Source: Escherichia coli (GTDB lineage Bacteria; Pseudomonadota; Gammaproteobacteria; Enterobacterales; Enterobacteriaceae). From it: a stretch of 64,000 bases of DNA. The notes beneath the pieces were generated by a model. That model had not been told where the DNA came from. It did no database searches and saw only the letters and a program-made list of their open reading frames with translations. Of the stretch, positions 43,764 through 57,883 are shown piece by piece (positions within the stretch are counted from its first letter, which is position 1; each line of letters begins with the position of its first letter). Location: NCBI RefSeq assembly GCF_022493755.1, contig NZ_CP028767.1; one strand, given 5' to 3'. Made by a program: the position numbers and the translations under genes.

Positions 43764-44042
43764 TTAATGACCTGTTGAGCCATCAGGAACGCAGTTCACC
43801 CCCGGTTTACGATCTGGTGTGTAAAGGCGAAAACATTCTGTCTTCCTGTCCGTCGATATCGGTTGCAGGTCTGGTTGCCTGAGCGACTGGGCCATCATTG
43901 GGCTGGAGACATTGCTTTGCGGTAGGTCGGCTTTATCAGCAGTACCGAGCGGACCAGCATAAGCAGGAAGAACAGAGACTGATAACATCAAAGCAGCAAA
44001 ATAAGGCTTCATTTTTACCACCTTTATCAGGTTACGTTTCAT
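43764..44042 (-). CDS. yjbT: Small putative periplasmic protein
   Basis: 92-aa ORF with signal-peptide-like N-terminus, at the position of yjbT. Confidence 0.55.
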   Translation of the reverse strand: MKRNLIKVVKMKPYFAALMLSVSVLPAYAGPLGTADKADLPQSNVSSPMMAQSLRQPDLQPISTDRKTECFRLYTPDRKPGVNCVPDGSTGH

Positions 44043-44256
44043 TTGTTCCAGAGGAACATTGTCGATTTTTCGCGCATTGCTGGTGGCTGGGAATCACCTG
44101 AATGGGTGATTTTTTGGGGCTGTGTGTTTTGCCAGATGCGACGTTGATGGGAGATGCCCACTTAATCAAGCTGAACAAAACATACACAAAAAATATAGAT
44201 CTCCGTCACATTTTTGCGTTATACAGGAAGCTCGCCACTGTGAAGGAGGTACTGCT

Positions 44257-44667
44257 ATGACGTCACTCTCTCGTCCGCGCGTGGAGTTTATCTCCACCAT
44301 TTTGCAGACCGTACTCAATCTTGGCCTGTTGTGCCTCGGCCTGATTTTGGTTGTCTTCCTCGGCAAAGAAACGGTGCATCTGGCTGATGTGCTATTCGCG
44401 CCAGAACAAACCAGCAAATATGAGCTGGTAGAAGGACTGGTGGTTTACTTTCTCTATTTCGAATTTATCGCGCTGATTGTGAAGTACTTTCAGTCCGGTT
44501 TTCACTTCCCGCTACGTTACTTTGTCTATATTGGGATCACCGCCATTGTGCGCTTGATCATCGTCGATCATAAATCGCCACTGGATGTGTTGATCTACTC
44601 GGCTGCGATCCTGTTACTGGTGATCACCCTGTGGCTGTGTAATTCGAAACGGCTGAAGCGGGAGTAA
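44257..44667 (+). CDS. psiE: Phosphate-starvation-inducible protein PsiE
   Basis: ORF 44122..44667 trimmed to [22 protein letters not shown]...; 136 aa membrane protein. Confidence 0.88.
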
Positions 44668-44671
44668 AAAG

Positions 44672-44703
44672 ACAGCACGCCGAACTGGCGCGGCGTGCTG
44701 GAC
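44672..44703. terminator. Bidirectional terminator hairpin between psiE and xylE
   Basis: CAGCACGCCGAACTGGCGCGGCGTGCTG stem-loop between convergent genes. Confidence 0.6.
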
Positions 44704-44710
44704 AGGAAGA

Positions 44711-46186
44711 TTACAGCGTAGCAGTTTGTTGTGTTTTCTTCGTTTCCGGTTCCCAGAGGGCTTCCAGCTCCTCAAGGGTTTTACCTTTGGTTTCCGGGAC
44801 AAATTTCCACATAAATAGTGCTGCCAGAACGCCCATACACCCGTAAATCCAGTAGGAGAAACCGTTGTGGAAATGGGCCACCAGCCAGGAGTTTTTGTCC
44901 ATCATCGGGAAGGTCCAGGAGACGAAGTAGTTCGCCAGCCACTGGGCCGCCACCGCGATTGCCAGCGCTTTACCACGAATAGCATTCGGGAAGATTTCCG
45001 ACAGCAGTACCCAGCATACCGGACCCCAGGACATGGCAAAGGCGGCAACATAGAACAGCATCGACAGAAGCGCCACAATACCCGGTGCCTGAGTGTAAAA
45101 CGCGGTACCGAGGCTAAACATACCGATTGCCATTCCGAGTGCGCCGATAATTTGCAGTGGCTTACGACCAAATTTATCCACCGTCATAATTGCCAGAACG
45201 GTGAAGGTGAGGTTGATAACTCCGACAATAATGGTCTGCAACAGCGCGATATCCGTGCTGGCCCCCAGCGTTTTGAACACTTCCGGCGCGTAGTACAGCA
45301 CCACATTGATGCCGACAAATTGCTGGAGGATGGAGAGCATAACGCCGATGACAATCACGCCTACGCCAAACATCAGCAGACGACCACCGGTTTTGCGGCC
45401 ATGATCCAGAGAGTGTTTAATTTCCTGTACTGCCTGAGTTGCAAGGGTGTTGCCCATAATTTTGCGCAGGATACCTTCCGCCTGTTCTTGCTTGCCGCGT
45501 GACATCAGCCAGCGAGGACTTTCTGGCACGGTATACAGCAGCATTAAGAACAGCAGTGCAGGGATACATTCCGAGGCAAACATATAACGCCAGCCGTCAG
45601 TATTCAGCCAGCTGGCGTCGCCGGAACGGGCAATAAAATAGTTTACGCAGTAAACTAAAAGCTGCCCGAAAATAATCGCAAACTGGTTAAAAGAGACCAG
45701 TTTCCCGCGAATATGAGCAGGAGCAAGTTCCGCAATATACATTGGTGAAAGCATTGAGGCTAAACCAACGCCAATACCGCCAATAATGCGATAAATAACA
45801 AATTCCGGGACATAACCTGCCAGATAAACAGGCACTGTGTTGTCCGGGTTTATAGAGGTAAAACCAAGTTCTGGCCAGGCAGAACCTACACCAGAAATAA
45901 AAAACAGGACAGCAGCAATCTTAAGTGAATCACGACGACCGAAGCGGCTACTGCAATAACCACCGAGGGCACCGCCGATGATGCAACCAATCAGAGCGCT
46001 GGCCACGCAAAACCCTAACAGGGAGTTGGCAGCGGATTCACTTAAGTTTTGTGGAGCAACAAAGACGGTATTGAGTGACTCAACAGTACCGGAAATAACG
46101 GCGGTGTCGTAGCCAAATAATAAACCACCTAATGTAGCGACTAAGGTAATCGAAAATATATAACTGGAATTATACTGGGTATTCAT
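44711..46186 (-). CDS. xylE: D-xylose:proton symporter (MFS)
   Basis: 491-aa ORF MNTQYNSSYIFSITLVATLGGLLFGYDTAVISG... Confidence 0.93.
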   Translation of the reverse strand: MNTQYNSSYIFSITLVATLGGLLFGYDTAVISGTVESLNTVFVAPQNLSESAANSLLGFCVASALIGCIIGGALGGYCSSRFGRRDSLKIAAVLFFISGVGSAWPELGFTSINPDNTVPVYLAGYVPEFVIYRIIGGIGVGLASMLSPMYIAELAPAHIRGKLVSFNQFAIIFGQLLVYCVNYFIARSGDASWLNTDGWRYMFASECIPALLFLMLLYTVPESPRWLMSRGKQEQAEGILRKIMGNTLATQAVQEIKHSLDHGRKTGGRLLMFGVGVIVIGVMLSILQQFVGINVVLYYAPEVFKTLGASTDIALLQTIIVGVINLTFTVLAIMTVDKFGRKPLQIIGALGMAIGMFSLGTAFYTQAPGIVALLSMLFYVAAFAMSWGPVCWVLLSEIFPNAIRGKALAIAVAAQWLANYFVSWTFPMMDKNSWLVAHFHNGFSYWIYGCMGVLAALFMWKFVPETKGKTLEELEALWEPETKKTQQTATL

Positions 46187-46557
46187 TCAGACCTGCCTTA
46201 GACCATTCTGATCTTTTATCAGTGCATTGATGTTGGAATTGTCAGGCAGTTAAGGCAATTATCATTTTTTACAATGCGTTTACGTAATGTCTTTTCTGTG
46301 ATCTTAATTGTGATAATTATCAAAAATTGATGAAAACAATACTATTGCCGTGACTCAGAGCACGAAAGAGAATTATCGTAAGTGGGAAAACAAATAACGT
46401 AAAAATAATAAGTTCTATGATGGAAATATTAACCGGCGAACGATTCAGATTGCAGACGAAAGAAAAAAAGGCGCTCCGTGGAGCGCCGAATAACAGTCAC
46501 AAGTTGGGATAACGTAAGTTGAGGGTGCAGCGGCATAACATTGGCAGAACAACATCT

Positions 46558-47448
46558 TTAACCTTTCACACCACCTGCCGTCAGGCCGTTGACCAGCCAG
46601 CGTTGAGCCAGCAAGAAGACGATGGTGATCGGTAATGCAGACATCACGGCAGCGGCGGCAAAGTCACCCCACAGGTAGTTTTGCGGGTTGAGGTATTGCT
46701 GCATCCCCACGGCCAGGGTGTAGCTGTTTACGTCACGCAGTAACAGCGACGCGACCGGAACTTCAGTAATGGCAGCGATAAACGACAGGATGAACACCAC
46801 CGCCAGAATCGGTACTGACAGCGGCAACAGGACAAGGCGGAAGGCCTGCCACGGTGTCGCACCATCCAGCGCCGCCGCTTCTTCCAGCGAACTGTCGATG
46901 GTTTCGAAATAGCCTTTGATGGTCCAGACGTGCAGCGCAATCCCACCCAGATACGCGAAAATTACGCCGCCGTGAGTATTCAGGCCAATGAATGGAATGT
47001 ACTCACCCAGACGATCAAACAACGCATACAACGCGACCAGTGAAAGTACTGCCGGGAACATCTGGAAAATCAGCATTCCTTTCAGCAGCGTCGCTTTGCC
47101 TGGAAAGCGCATACGGGCGAAAGCGTAGGCGCAGGTGGTGGAGAGCGCCACAATGCCAATCGCGGAAATCCCGGCGACCTTTACCGAGTTCCACAGCCAC
47201 AGCAGTACCGGGAATGGCGGTGGCGTAATGCGACCATCAGCCTGTTCCACGCTAAAACCTAATGCCAGTTTCCAGTGATCCCAGGAGATTTGCTCCGGGA
47301 TCAGGCTACCGGTCGCAAAGTTCCCCTGGCGCAGTGAGATGGCGACGACCATCAGCAGCGGGAACATAATCGCCGCGATAAAAAGTAGCAGTAGCAGGTG
47401 AGTAATAAACAAACGTGCTTTTTGCGATTTCGGTTGGACCATTGCCAT
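46558..47448 (-). CDS. malG: Maltose ABC transporter permease MalG
   Basis: 296-aa [28 protein letters not shown]... Confidence 0.95.
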
Positions 47449-47462
47449 TTTTGTTATCTCCC

Positions 47463-49007
47463 TTAATCAAACTTCATTCGCGTGGCTTTCAGGTTCACTA
47501 TCGCCAGCGCACCCACCAGCAGGAAGATCAGCGTGGCTATTGCTGCTGCCAGACCGAAGTCCTGACCCCCGCCGCCTTCAAAAGCGATGCGGTAGGTGTA
47601 GTTAACAAGCAGGTCGGTATAACCGGCTGGCGTGGTCGTGCCAAGACGATCCGGGCCGCCGTTGGTTAACAGTTGAATCAGCACGAAGTTGTTAAAGTTA
47701 AAGGCGAAGCTGGCGATCATCAGCGGCGTCAGCGGTTTAATCAGCAGCGGCAGCGTAATCTTAAAGAAGTTCTGGAAGGGACCTGCACCATCCATTGCTG
47801 AGGCTTCATACAAATCGTCCGGAATCGCTTTCAGCAAGCCCATGCAGAGGATCATCATGTACGGATAACCCAGCCAGGTATTGACGATAATCAGCATCGT
47901 TCGGGCGGTGGTCGGATCGCTGAACCAGGCGGGCTTCACGCCAAACAGCGCGCTCAACATCATGTTGATCTCACCGAAGCTCTGGTTAAACAACCCTTTG
48001 AAAATCAAGATTGAAATGAATGATGGCACCGCGTAGGGCAGAATCAGCAGGACGCGATAGACCGCTTTGCCGCGCAACGCTTCCCACTGCACCAGACACG
48101 CCAGAACCATGCCGACCGCCACCGTTAAAAAGACAGTGATCAGCGAGAACACCACGGTCCAGACGAAAATGGCGAGGAACGGTTTCTGAATGCCTTCGTC
48201 GGTGAAGACGCGGGTAAAGTTTTTCCAGCCAGTAGTCACGGTGTAACCGGGGCTTAGCTTTTCATCGCCCCAGTTGCCGTCGGCGGTAATGGACTGGTAA
48301 AAGCCAATTTGGTTATTCGGACGATATTTCACGCCGCTCTGATTATTCGTCAACGTGCCGTCACCGTCGAGTGTGTAGAGCGGCTGCGTGCCAGAAAACT
48401 GGCGCAGGGAGCTCATCATCACTTTGTTGCCATCCGGCAGAATGGCGGTAATGTCACTCAGCGCCTGACGATTCTGGGTAATCACGCGCAGATTTGCGCG
48501 TTCGCCTTCGGGCTGGGCGGTCGTTTCTTTCAGTTGCAGTTTTTGCTCGCCGCCAAATTTAAAAGCGTCGGAGAGGTAATTTTTGCCGGTTTCGCCGTCG
48601 CTGAGGGCTAGTTGCCACTCATCGCCCGCCGGGTAAAGACCAAAATTATAGGTTTTGCCTGCTTGCCAGGAGCGATCTAACAACACTTCCTGCGCACGTT
48701 CAAAAGTCAGCTGGTTAGTGCTGCTGTAGTTGGTGAAGGCAATGGCGATGGTGCAGACCAGAGGGAAGAGGACGAATAATCCCATTCCGGCCATTCCCGG
48801 GTAAACATAGCGCCAGGCGTAGGCTTTACGATTGGCGAAAATATACAGCCCCGCTGAACTCAATATCAGCGTGGTAATGGCAAACAGGTATTCCCCTTGT
48901 GCGTACATTAAAACAACAAGGTAACCCACCAGCAGGCCGAGCAGACCTAGCACTGACCATTTCAGCGCGTCGCTTTGCCACCAATGTTTCTTTTTAATGA
49001 CATCCAT
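47463..49007 (-). CDS. malF: Maltose ABC transporter permease MalF
   Basis: ORF 47463..49022 trimmed to [17 protein letters not shown]...; 514 aa. Confidence 0.93.
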
Positions 49008-49030
49008 GGGGTTCTTCCTCATTCCAGGAC

Positions 49031-49160
49031 GGATAAGGCTTTCACGCCTTATCCGACAACAACTGCCTGATGCGACACTGATGCGTCTTATCAGGCCTAC
49101 ATACGTTTCGGTTTTGTAGGCCGGACAAGGCGTTCACGTCGCATCCGGCATTTCACAGCA
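49031..49160. repeat. REP/BIME elements in the malE-malF intergenic region
   Basis: GGACGGATAAGGC...GCCTTATCCGACAACAACTGCCTGATGCGACACTGATGCGTCTTATCAGGCCTACA...TAGGCCGGACAAGGCGTTCACGTCGCATCCGGCA. Confidence 0.85.
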
Positions 49161-50715
<1,555 letters not shown>

Positions 50716-51831
50716 ATGGCGAGCGTACAGCTGCAAAATGTAACGAAAGCCTGGGGCGAGGTCGTGGTATCGAAAGATATCAATCTCGATATCCATGAAG
50801 GTGAATTCGTGGTGTTTGTCGGACCGTCTGGCTGCGGTAAATCGACTTTACTGCGCATGATTGCCGGGCTTGAGACGATCACCAGCGGCGACCTGTTCAT
50901 CGGTGAGAAACGGATGAATGACACTCCGCCAGCAGAACGCGGCGTTGGTATGGTGTTTCAGTCTTACGCGCTCTATCCCCACCTGTCAGTAGCAGAAAAC
51001 ATGTCATTTGGCCTGAAACTGGCTGGCGCAAAAAAAGAGGTGATTAACCAACGCGTCAACCAGGTGGCGGAAGTGCTGCAACTGGCGCATTTGCTGGATC
51101 GCAAACCGAAAGCGCTCTCTGGCGGTCAGCGTCAGCGTGTGGCGATTGGCCGTACGCTGGTGGCCGAGCCAAGCGTATTTTTGCTCGATGAACCGCTCTC
51201 CAACCTCGATGCTGCACTGCGTGTGCAAATGCGTATCGAAATCTCCCGTCTGCATAAACGCCTGGGCCGCACAATGATTTACGTCACCCACGATCAGGTC
51301 GAAGCGATGACGCTGGCCGACAAAATCGTGGTGCTGGACGCCGGTCGCGTGGCGCAGGTTGGGAAACCGCTGGAGCTGTACCACTATCCGGCAGACCGTT
51401 TTGTCGCCGGATTTATCGGTTCGCCAAAGATGAACTTCCTGCCGGTAAAAGTGACCGCCACCGCAATCGATCAAGTGCAGGTGGAGCTGCCGATGCCAAA
51501 TCGTCAGCAAGTCTGGCTGCCAGTTGAAAGCCGTGATGTCCAGGTTGGAGCCAATATGTCGCTGGGTATTCGCCCGGAACATCTACTGCCGAGTGATATC
51601 GCTGACGTCATCCTTGAGGGTGAAGTTCAGGTCGTCGAGCAACTCGGCAACGAAACCCAAATCCATATCCAGATCCCTTCCATTCGTCAAAACCTGGTGT
51701 ACCGCCAGAACGACGTGGTGTTGGTAGAAGAAGGTGCCACATTCGCTATCGGCCTGCCGCCAGAGCGTTGCCATCTGTTCCGTGAGGATGGCACTGCATG
51801 TCGTCGACTGCATAAGGAGCCGGGCGTTTAA
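50716..51831 (+). CDS. malK: Maltose ABC transporter ATP-binding protein MalK
   Basis: ORF 50626..51831 trimmed to [15 protein letters not shown]...; Walker [10 protein letters not shown]; 371 aa. Confidence 0.95.
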   Translation: MASVQLQNVTKAWGEVVVSKDINLDIHEGEFVVFVGPSGCGKSTLLRMIAGLETITSGDLFIGEKRMNDTPPAERGVGMVFQSYALYPHLSVAENMSFGLKLAGAKKEVINQRVNQVAEVLQLAHLLDRKPKALSGGQRQRVAIGRTLVAEPSVFLLDEPLSNLDAALRVQMRIEISRLHKRLGRTMIYVTHDQVEAMTLADKIVVLDAGRVAQVGKPLELYHYPADRFVAGFIGSPKMNFLPVKVTATAIDQVQVELPMPNRQQVWLPVESRDVQVGANMSLGIRPEHLLPSDIADVILEGEVQVVEQLGNETQIHIQIPSIRQNLVYRQNDVVLVEEGATFAIGLPPERCHLFREDGTACRRLHKEPGV

Positions 51832-51872
51832 GCACCCCACAAAACACACAAAGCCTGTCACAGGTGATGTGA

Positions 51873-53243
<1,371 letters not shown>

Positions 53244-53255
53244 TAGCAAAACCTG

Positions 53256-53290
<35 letters not shown>

Positions 53291-53394
53291 AAACAGGTTG
53301 TCATTATCTGAAAGGGGCGAAAGCCCCTCTGATTATCGGGTTTAGCGCGCTATTGCCTGGCTACCGCTGAGCTCCAGATTTTGAGGTGAAAACA

Positions 53395-54315
53395 ATGAAA
53401 ATGAATAAAAGTCTCATCGCCCTCTGTTTATCAGCAGGGTTACTGGCAAGCGCGCCTGGAATCAGCCTTGCCGATGTTAACTACGTACCGCAAAACACCA
53501 GCGACGCGCCAGCCATTCCATCTGCCGCGCTGCAACAACTCACCTGGACACCGGTCGATCAATCTAAAACCCAGACCACCCAACTGGCGACCGGCGGCCA
53601 ACAACTGAACGTTCCCGGCATCAGTGGTCCGGTTGCTGCGTACAGCGTCCCGGCAAACATTGGCGAACTGACCCTGACGCTGACCAGCGAAGTGAACAAA
53701 CAAACCAGCGTTTTTGCGCCGAACGTGCTGATTCTTGATCAGAACATGACCCCATCAGCCTTCTTCCCCAGCAGTTATTTCACCTACCAGGAACCAGGCG
53801 TGATGAGTGCAGATCGGCTGGAAGGCGTTATGCGCCTGACACCGGCGTTGGGGCAGCAAAAACTTTATGTTCTGGTCTTTACCACGGAAAAAGATCTCCA
53901 GCAGACGACCCAACTGCTCGACCCGGCTAAAGCCTATGCCAAGGGCGTCGGTAACTCGATCCCGGATATCCCCGATCCGGTTGCTCGTCATACCACCGAT
54001 GGCTTACTGAAACTGAAAGTGAAAACGAACTCCAGCTCCAGCGTGTTGGTAGGACCTTTATTTGGTTCTTCCGCTCCAGCTCCGGTTACGGTAGGTAACA
54101 CGGCGGCACCAGCTGTGGCTGCACCCGCTCCGGCACCGGTGAAGAAAAGCGAGCCGATGCTCAACGACACGGAAAGTTATTTTAATACCGCGATCAAAAA
54201 CGCTGTCGCGAAAGGTGATGTTGATAAGGCGTTAAAACTGCTTGATGAAGCTGAACGCCTGGGATCGACATCTGCCCGTTCCACCTTTATCAGCAGTGTA
54301 AAAGGCAAGGGGTAA
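53395..54315 (+). CDS. malM: Maltose-regulon periplasmic protein MalM
   Basis: ORF 53386..54315 trimmed to MKMNKSLIALCLSAGLLASAPG...; 306 aa. Confidence 0.9.
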   Translation: MKMNKSLIALCLSAGLLASAPGISLADVNYVPQNTSDAPAIPSAALQQLTWTPVDQSKTQTTQLATGGQQLNVPGISGPVAAYSVPANIGELTLTLTSEVNKQTSVFAPNVLILDQNMTPSAFFPSSYFTYQEPGVMSADRLEGVMRLTPALGQQKLYVLVFTTEKDLQQTTQLLDPAKAYAKGVGNSIPDIPDPVARHTTDGLLKLKVKTNSSSSVLVGPLFGSSAPAPVTVGNTAAPAVAAPAPAPVKKSEPMLNDTESYFNTAIKNAVAKGDVDKALKLLDEAERLGSTSARSTFISSVKGKG

Positions 54316-54795
54316 TTACGCCCCACAGTGCTGATTTTGCAACAACTGGTGCGTCTCCTGGCGCACCTTTTTTTATGCTTCCTTGCTGGGATATGAGCGA
54401 TTTTTTATAGTAACTCACTTCTTCTTCACTAAGAATATCCATTATCTCAATGCCTTATCAGAGATTCTTTTCCTTTCGCCGGTAGTGTCTGGACATTCAG
54501 GCTACTTTTCCAGGTTATTTTATTTCTGTTATGCAGAGGTTTTATGATAAGTCATATCCTAAATTCTGGCGGCAATAACTCTTTGATGAAACATGATGTG
54601 GTGCAAGGAAATAATATAGTAGATCTTGATTTACTACGTAATTTCAATGGGGTGCCAGGTTTAAACAGAGATAACTTTATTTATATCAGCAATATTTTTT
54701 CAAATATAAAACAACGGAACGAAAAAATCATGCAATAAATTTGTTTCGTGAAGTCTCAATCAGTAATGATACTATAAGTGTAAAATTCTACAGAA

Positions 54796-56124
54796 ATGAA
54801 AAAAATTGAATGCGCTTGCAATTTTCTGATGGATAAAGATGCGCAGGGGTATATCGACCTGTCTGATTTGGATTTAACAAGTTGTCATTTTAAAGGTGAC
54901 GTTATATCGAAGGTGTCTTTTTTATCATCAAATCTACAACATGTAACATTCGAATGTAAAGAAATTGGGGATTGCAATTTTACTACTGCAATAGTTGATA
55001 ATGTCATATTTAGATGTCGACGTTTACACAATGTGATTTTTATCAAAGCGAGTGGTGAATGTGTCGATTTCAGCAAAAATATTCTTGATACAGTTGACTT
55101 CTCGCAGAGTCAACTTACTCAGAGTAATTTTCGCGAATGTCAGATTAGAAATTCAAACTTCGATAATTGTTATCTTTACGCTTCGCACTTCACCAGAGCA
55201 GAGTTTCTGTCTGCCAAAGAAATATCATTTATTAAATCGAATATGACAGCTGTTATGTTTGATCATGTGCGAATATCGACAGGGAATTTTAAAGATTGCA
55301 TTACAGAACAATTGGAATTAACTATTGATTATTCAGATATATTTGGGAATGAAGATCTCGATGGTTATATCAATAACATTATAAAAATGATTGATACATT
55401 GCCAGATAATGCAATGATATTGAAATCCGTTCTGGCAGTAAAACTGGTTATGCAATTAAAAATTCTTAATATTGTTAATAAAAACTTTATTGAGAATATG
55501 AAGAAAACATTTAGCCATTGTCCTTATATAAAAGATCCAATTATACGCAGTTATATCCATTCTGGTGAAGATAACAAGTTCGATGATTTTATGCGTCAAC
55601 ATCGATTCAGCAAGGTGGATTTCGATACCCAACAGATGATCCATTTTATTAACAGGTTTAATATGAATAAAGGGCTGATTGATAAAAATAACAATTTTTT
55701 TATCCAACTTATCGATCAGGCCTTACGATCAACGGATGATATGATCAAAGCAAATGCCTGGTATCTTTATAAAGAGTGGATTCGTAGTGATGATGTTTCA
55801 CCTATATTTATAGAAACTGAAGAAAAGTTAAGAACCTTTAACACTAATAAATTAACACGAAACGATAATATATTTATCCTGTTCTCCTCTGTCGATGATG
55901 GGCCTGTTATGGTGGTAAGCTCCCAGCGCTTACATGATATGTTGAATCCTACAAAAGATACCAATTGGAATTCCACGTATATCTACAAATCCAGACATGA
56001 GATGTTGCCTGTTAATCTTACTCAGGAAACACTTTTCAGCTCCAAATCTCATGGTAAATATGCGCTTTTCCCCATTTTTACTGCGAGTTGGCGAGCTCAT
56101 CGTATAATGAATAAGGGTGTTTAA
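54796..56124 (+). CDS. yjbI: Pentapeptide-repeat protein (SopA/PipB-like N-terminal repeats), AT-rich
   Basis: 442-aa ORF with repeated pentapeptide-like units in aa 20-170 (DLSDLDLTSCHFKGD..., VDFSQSQLTQSNFRECQIRNSNFDNCYLYASHFTRAEF); low GC. Confidence 0.7.
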   Translation: MKKIECACNFLMDKDAQGYIDLSDLDLTSCHFKGDVISKVSFLSSNLQHVTFECKEIGDCNFTTAIVDNVIFRCRRLHNVIFIKASGECVDFSKNILDTVDFSQSQLTQSNFRECQIRNSNFDNCYLYASHFTRAEFLSAKEISFIKSNMTAVMFDHVRISTGNFKDCITEQLELTIDYSDIFGNEDLDGYINNIIKMIDTLPDNAMILKSVLAVKLVMQLKILNIVNKNFIENMKKTFSHCPYIKDPIIRSYIHSGEDNKFDDFMRQHRFSKVDFDTQQMIHFINRFNMNKGLIDKNNNFFIQLIDQALRSTDDMIKANAWYLYKEWIRSDDVSPIFIETEEKLRTFNTNKLTRNDNIFILFSSVDDGPVMVVSSQRLHDMLNPTKDTNWNSTYIYKSRHEMLPVNLTQETLFSSKSHGKYALFPIFTASWRAHRIMNKGV

Positions 56125-56346
56125 GTAAAGGAAAACATCACCGTTCCTGGCATCCTGGGCGGTGATGCCCCTATGGTTGCCCTCTCCAGCGCGGGCATCG
56201 GCAAAGCGTAAGGTTCAACAGCGTTTTACCACTTCATGCGATTGTTGCGTTTTTGTTGCGTATTAGATCACTTAATTTGCTTTACATCTCCCGTAAACAC
56301 TTTTCTGCGATACAATGCCTTTACGTTATGTAACGGAGAGTTCGGC

Positions 56347-56844
56347 ATGTCACACCCCGCGTTAACGCAACTGCGTGCGCTGCGCTATTTTAAAGAGATC
56401 CCTGCCCTGGAACCGCAACTGCTCGACTGGCTGTTGCTGGAGGATTCCATGACAAAACGTTTTGAACAGCAGGGAAAAACGGTAAGCGTGACGATGATCC
56501 GCGAAGGGTTTGTCGAGCAGAATGAAATCCCCGAAGAACTGCCGCTGCTGCCGAAAGAGTCTCGTTACTGGTTACGTGAAATTTTGTTATGTGCCGATGG
56601 TGAACCGTGGCTTGCCGGTCGTACCGTCGTTCCTGTGTCAACGTTAAGCGGGCCGGAGCTGGCGTTACAAAAATTGGGTAAAACGCCGTTAGGACGCTAT
56701 CTGTTCACATCATCGACATTAACCCGGGACTTTATTGAGATAGGCCGTGATGCCGGACTGTGGGGGCGACGTTCCCGCCTGCGATTAAGCGGTAAACCGC
56801 TGTTGCTAACAGAACTGTTTTTACCGGCGTCACCGTTGTACTAA
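56347..56844 (+). CDS. ubiC: Chorismate pyruvate-lyase
   Basis: ORF 56236..56844 trimmed to [41 protein letters not shown]...; 165 aa. Confidence 0.93.
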   Translation: MSHPALTQLRALRYFKEIPALEPQLLDWLLLEDSMTKRFEQQGKTVSVTMIREGFVEQNEIPEELPLLPKESRYWLREILLCADGEPWLAGRTVVPVSTLSGPELALQKLGKTPLGRYLFTSSTLTRDFIEIGRDAGLWGRRSRLRLSGKPLLLTELFLPASPLY

Positions 56845-56856
56845 GAGGAAAAAAAT

Positions 56857-57729
56857 ATGGAGTGGAGTCTGACGCAGAATAAGCTGCTGGCGTTTCATCG
56901 CTTAATGCGTACGGATAAGCCAATTGGCGCGTTACTGCTGCTCTGGCCAACATTATGGGCGTTGTGGGTGGCGACACCGGGCGTTCCTCAGCTCTGGATC
57001 CTGGCGGTATTTGTCGCGGGTGTCTGGCTGATGCGCGCTGCTGGATGTGTGGTGAATGATTATGCTGACCGAAAGTTTGATGGTCATGTTAAGCGCACGG
57101 CGAACCGACCACTTCCCAGCGGCGCGGTAACAGAGAAAGAGGCGCGCGCGCTGTTTGTAGTGCTGGTACTGATTTCGTTTTTACTGGTACTGACGCTGAA
57201 TACGATGACCATTCTGTTGTCGATTGCCGCTCTGGCGTTGGCGTGGGTGTACCCGTTTATGAAGCGGTATACCCATCTCCCGCAAGTGGTGCTGGGCGCG
57301 GCGTTTGGCTGGTCGATTCCAATGGCTTTTGCCGCTGTGAGTGAGTCGGTGCCACTGAGTTGCTGGTTAATGTTCCTCGCCAATATTCTCTGGGCGGTGG
57401 CTTACGACACGCAGTATGCGATGGTTGACCGCGATGATGATGTGAAGATTGGCATTAAATCCACGGCAATCCTGTTCGGCCAATACGATAAATTGATTAT
57501 TGGTATTTTGCAGATTGGCGTACTGGCACTGATGGCGATCATCGGTGAGTTAAATGGCTTAGGCTGGGGATATTACTGGTCAATTGTGGTGGCTGGCGCG
57601 CTGTTTGTTTATCAACAAAAACTGATTGCCAACCGCGAGCGTGAAGCCTGCTTTAAAGCATTTATGAATAATAACTATGTTGGTCTGGTACTGTTTTTAG
57701 GACTGGCAATGAGTTACTGGCATTTCTGA
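56857..57729 (+). CDS. ubiA: 4-hydroxybenzoate octaprenyltransferase
   Basis: 290-aa ORF with prenyltransferase motif NDYADRKFD. Confidence 0.95.
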   Translation: MEWSLTQNKLLAFHRLMRTDKPIGALLLLWPTLWALWVATPGVPQLWILAVFVAGVWLMRAAGCVVNDYADRKFDGHVKRTANRPLPSGAVTEKEARALFVVLVLISFLLVLTLNTMTILLSIAALALAWVYPFMKRYTHLPQVVLGAAFGWSIPMAFAAVSESVPLSCWLMFLANILWAVAYDTQYAMVDRDDDVKIGIKSTAILFGQYDKLIIGILQIGVLALMAIIGELNGLGWGYYWSIVVAGALFVYQQKLIANREREACFKAFMNNNYVGLVLFLGLAMSYWHF

Positions 57730-57740
57730 TGATGTAAAAA

Positions 57741-57872
57741 AGCCGGATGATCATCCGGCTTTCTTCTGGGTTGCCTTATGCGCGGCGCTTCTCAGGCCTA
57801 CACAACACATCGCAATTTATTGAATTTGCAGATTATGGAAGGCCGGATAAGGCGTTTTCGCCGCATCCGGCA
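57741..57872. repeat. ubiA terminator hairpin and REP element
   Basis: AGCCGGATGATCATCCGGCT followed by TTCTTCT, then GGCCGGATAAGGCGTTTTCGCCGCATCCGGCA. Confidence 0.75.
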
Positions 57873-57883
57873 ATTCTCTCTGA

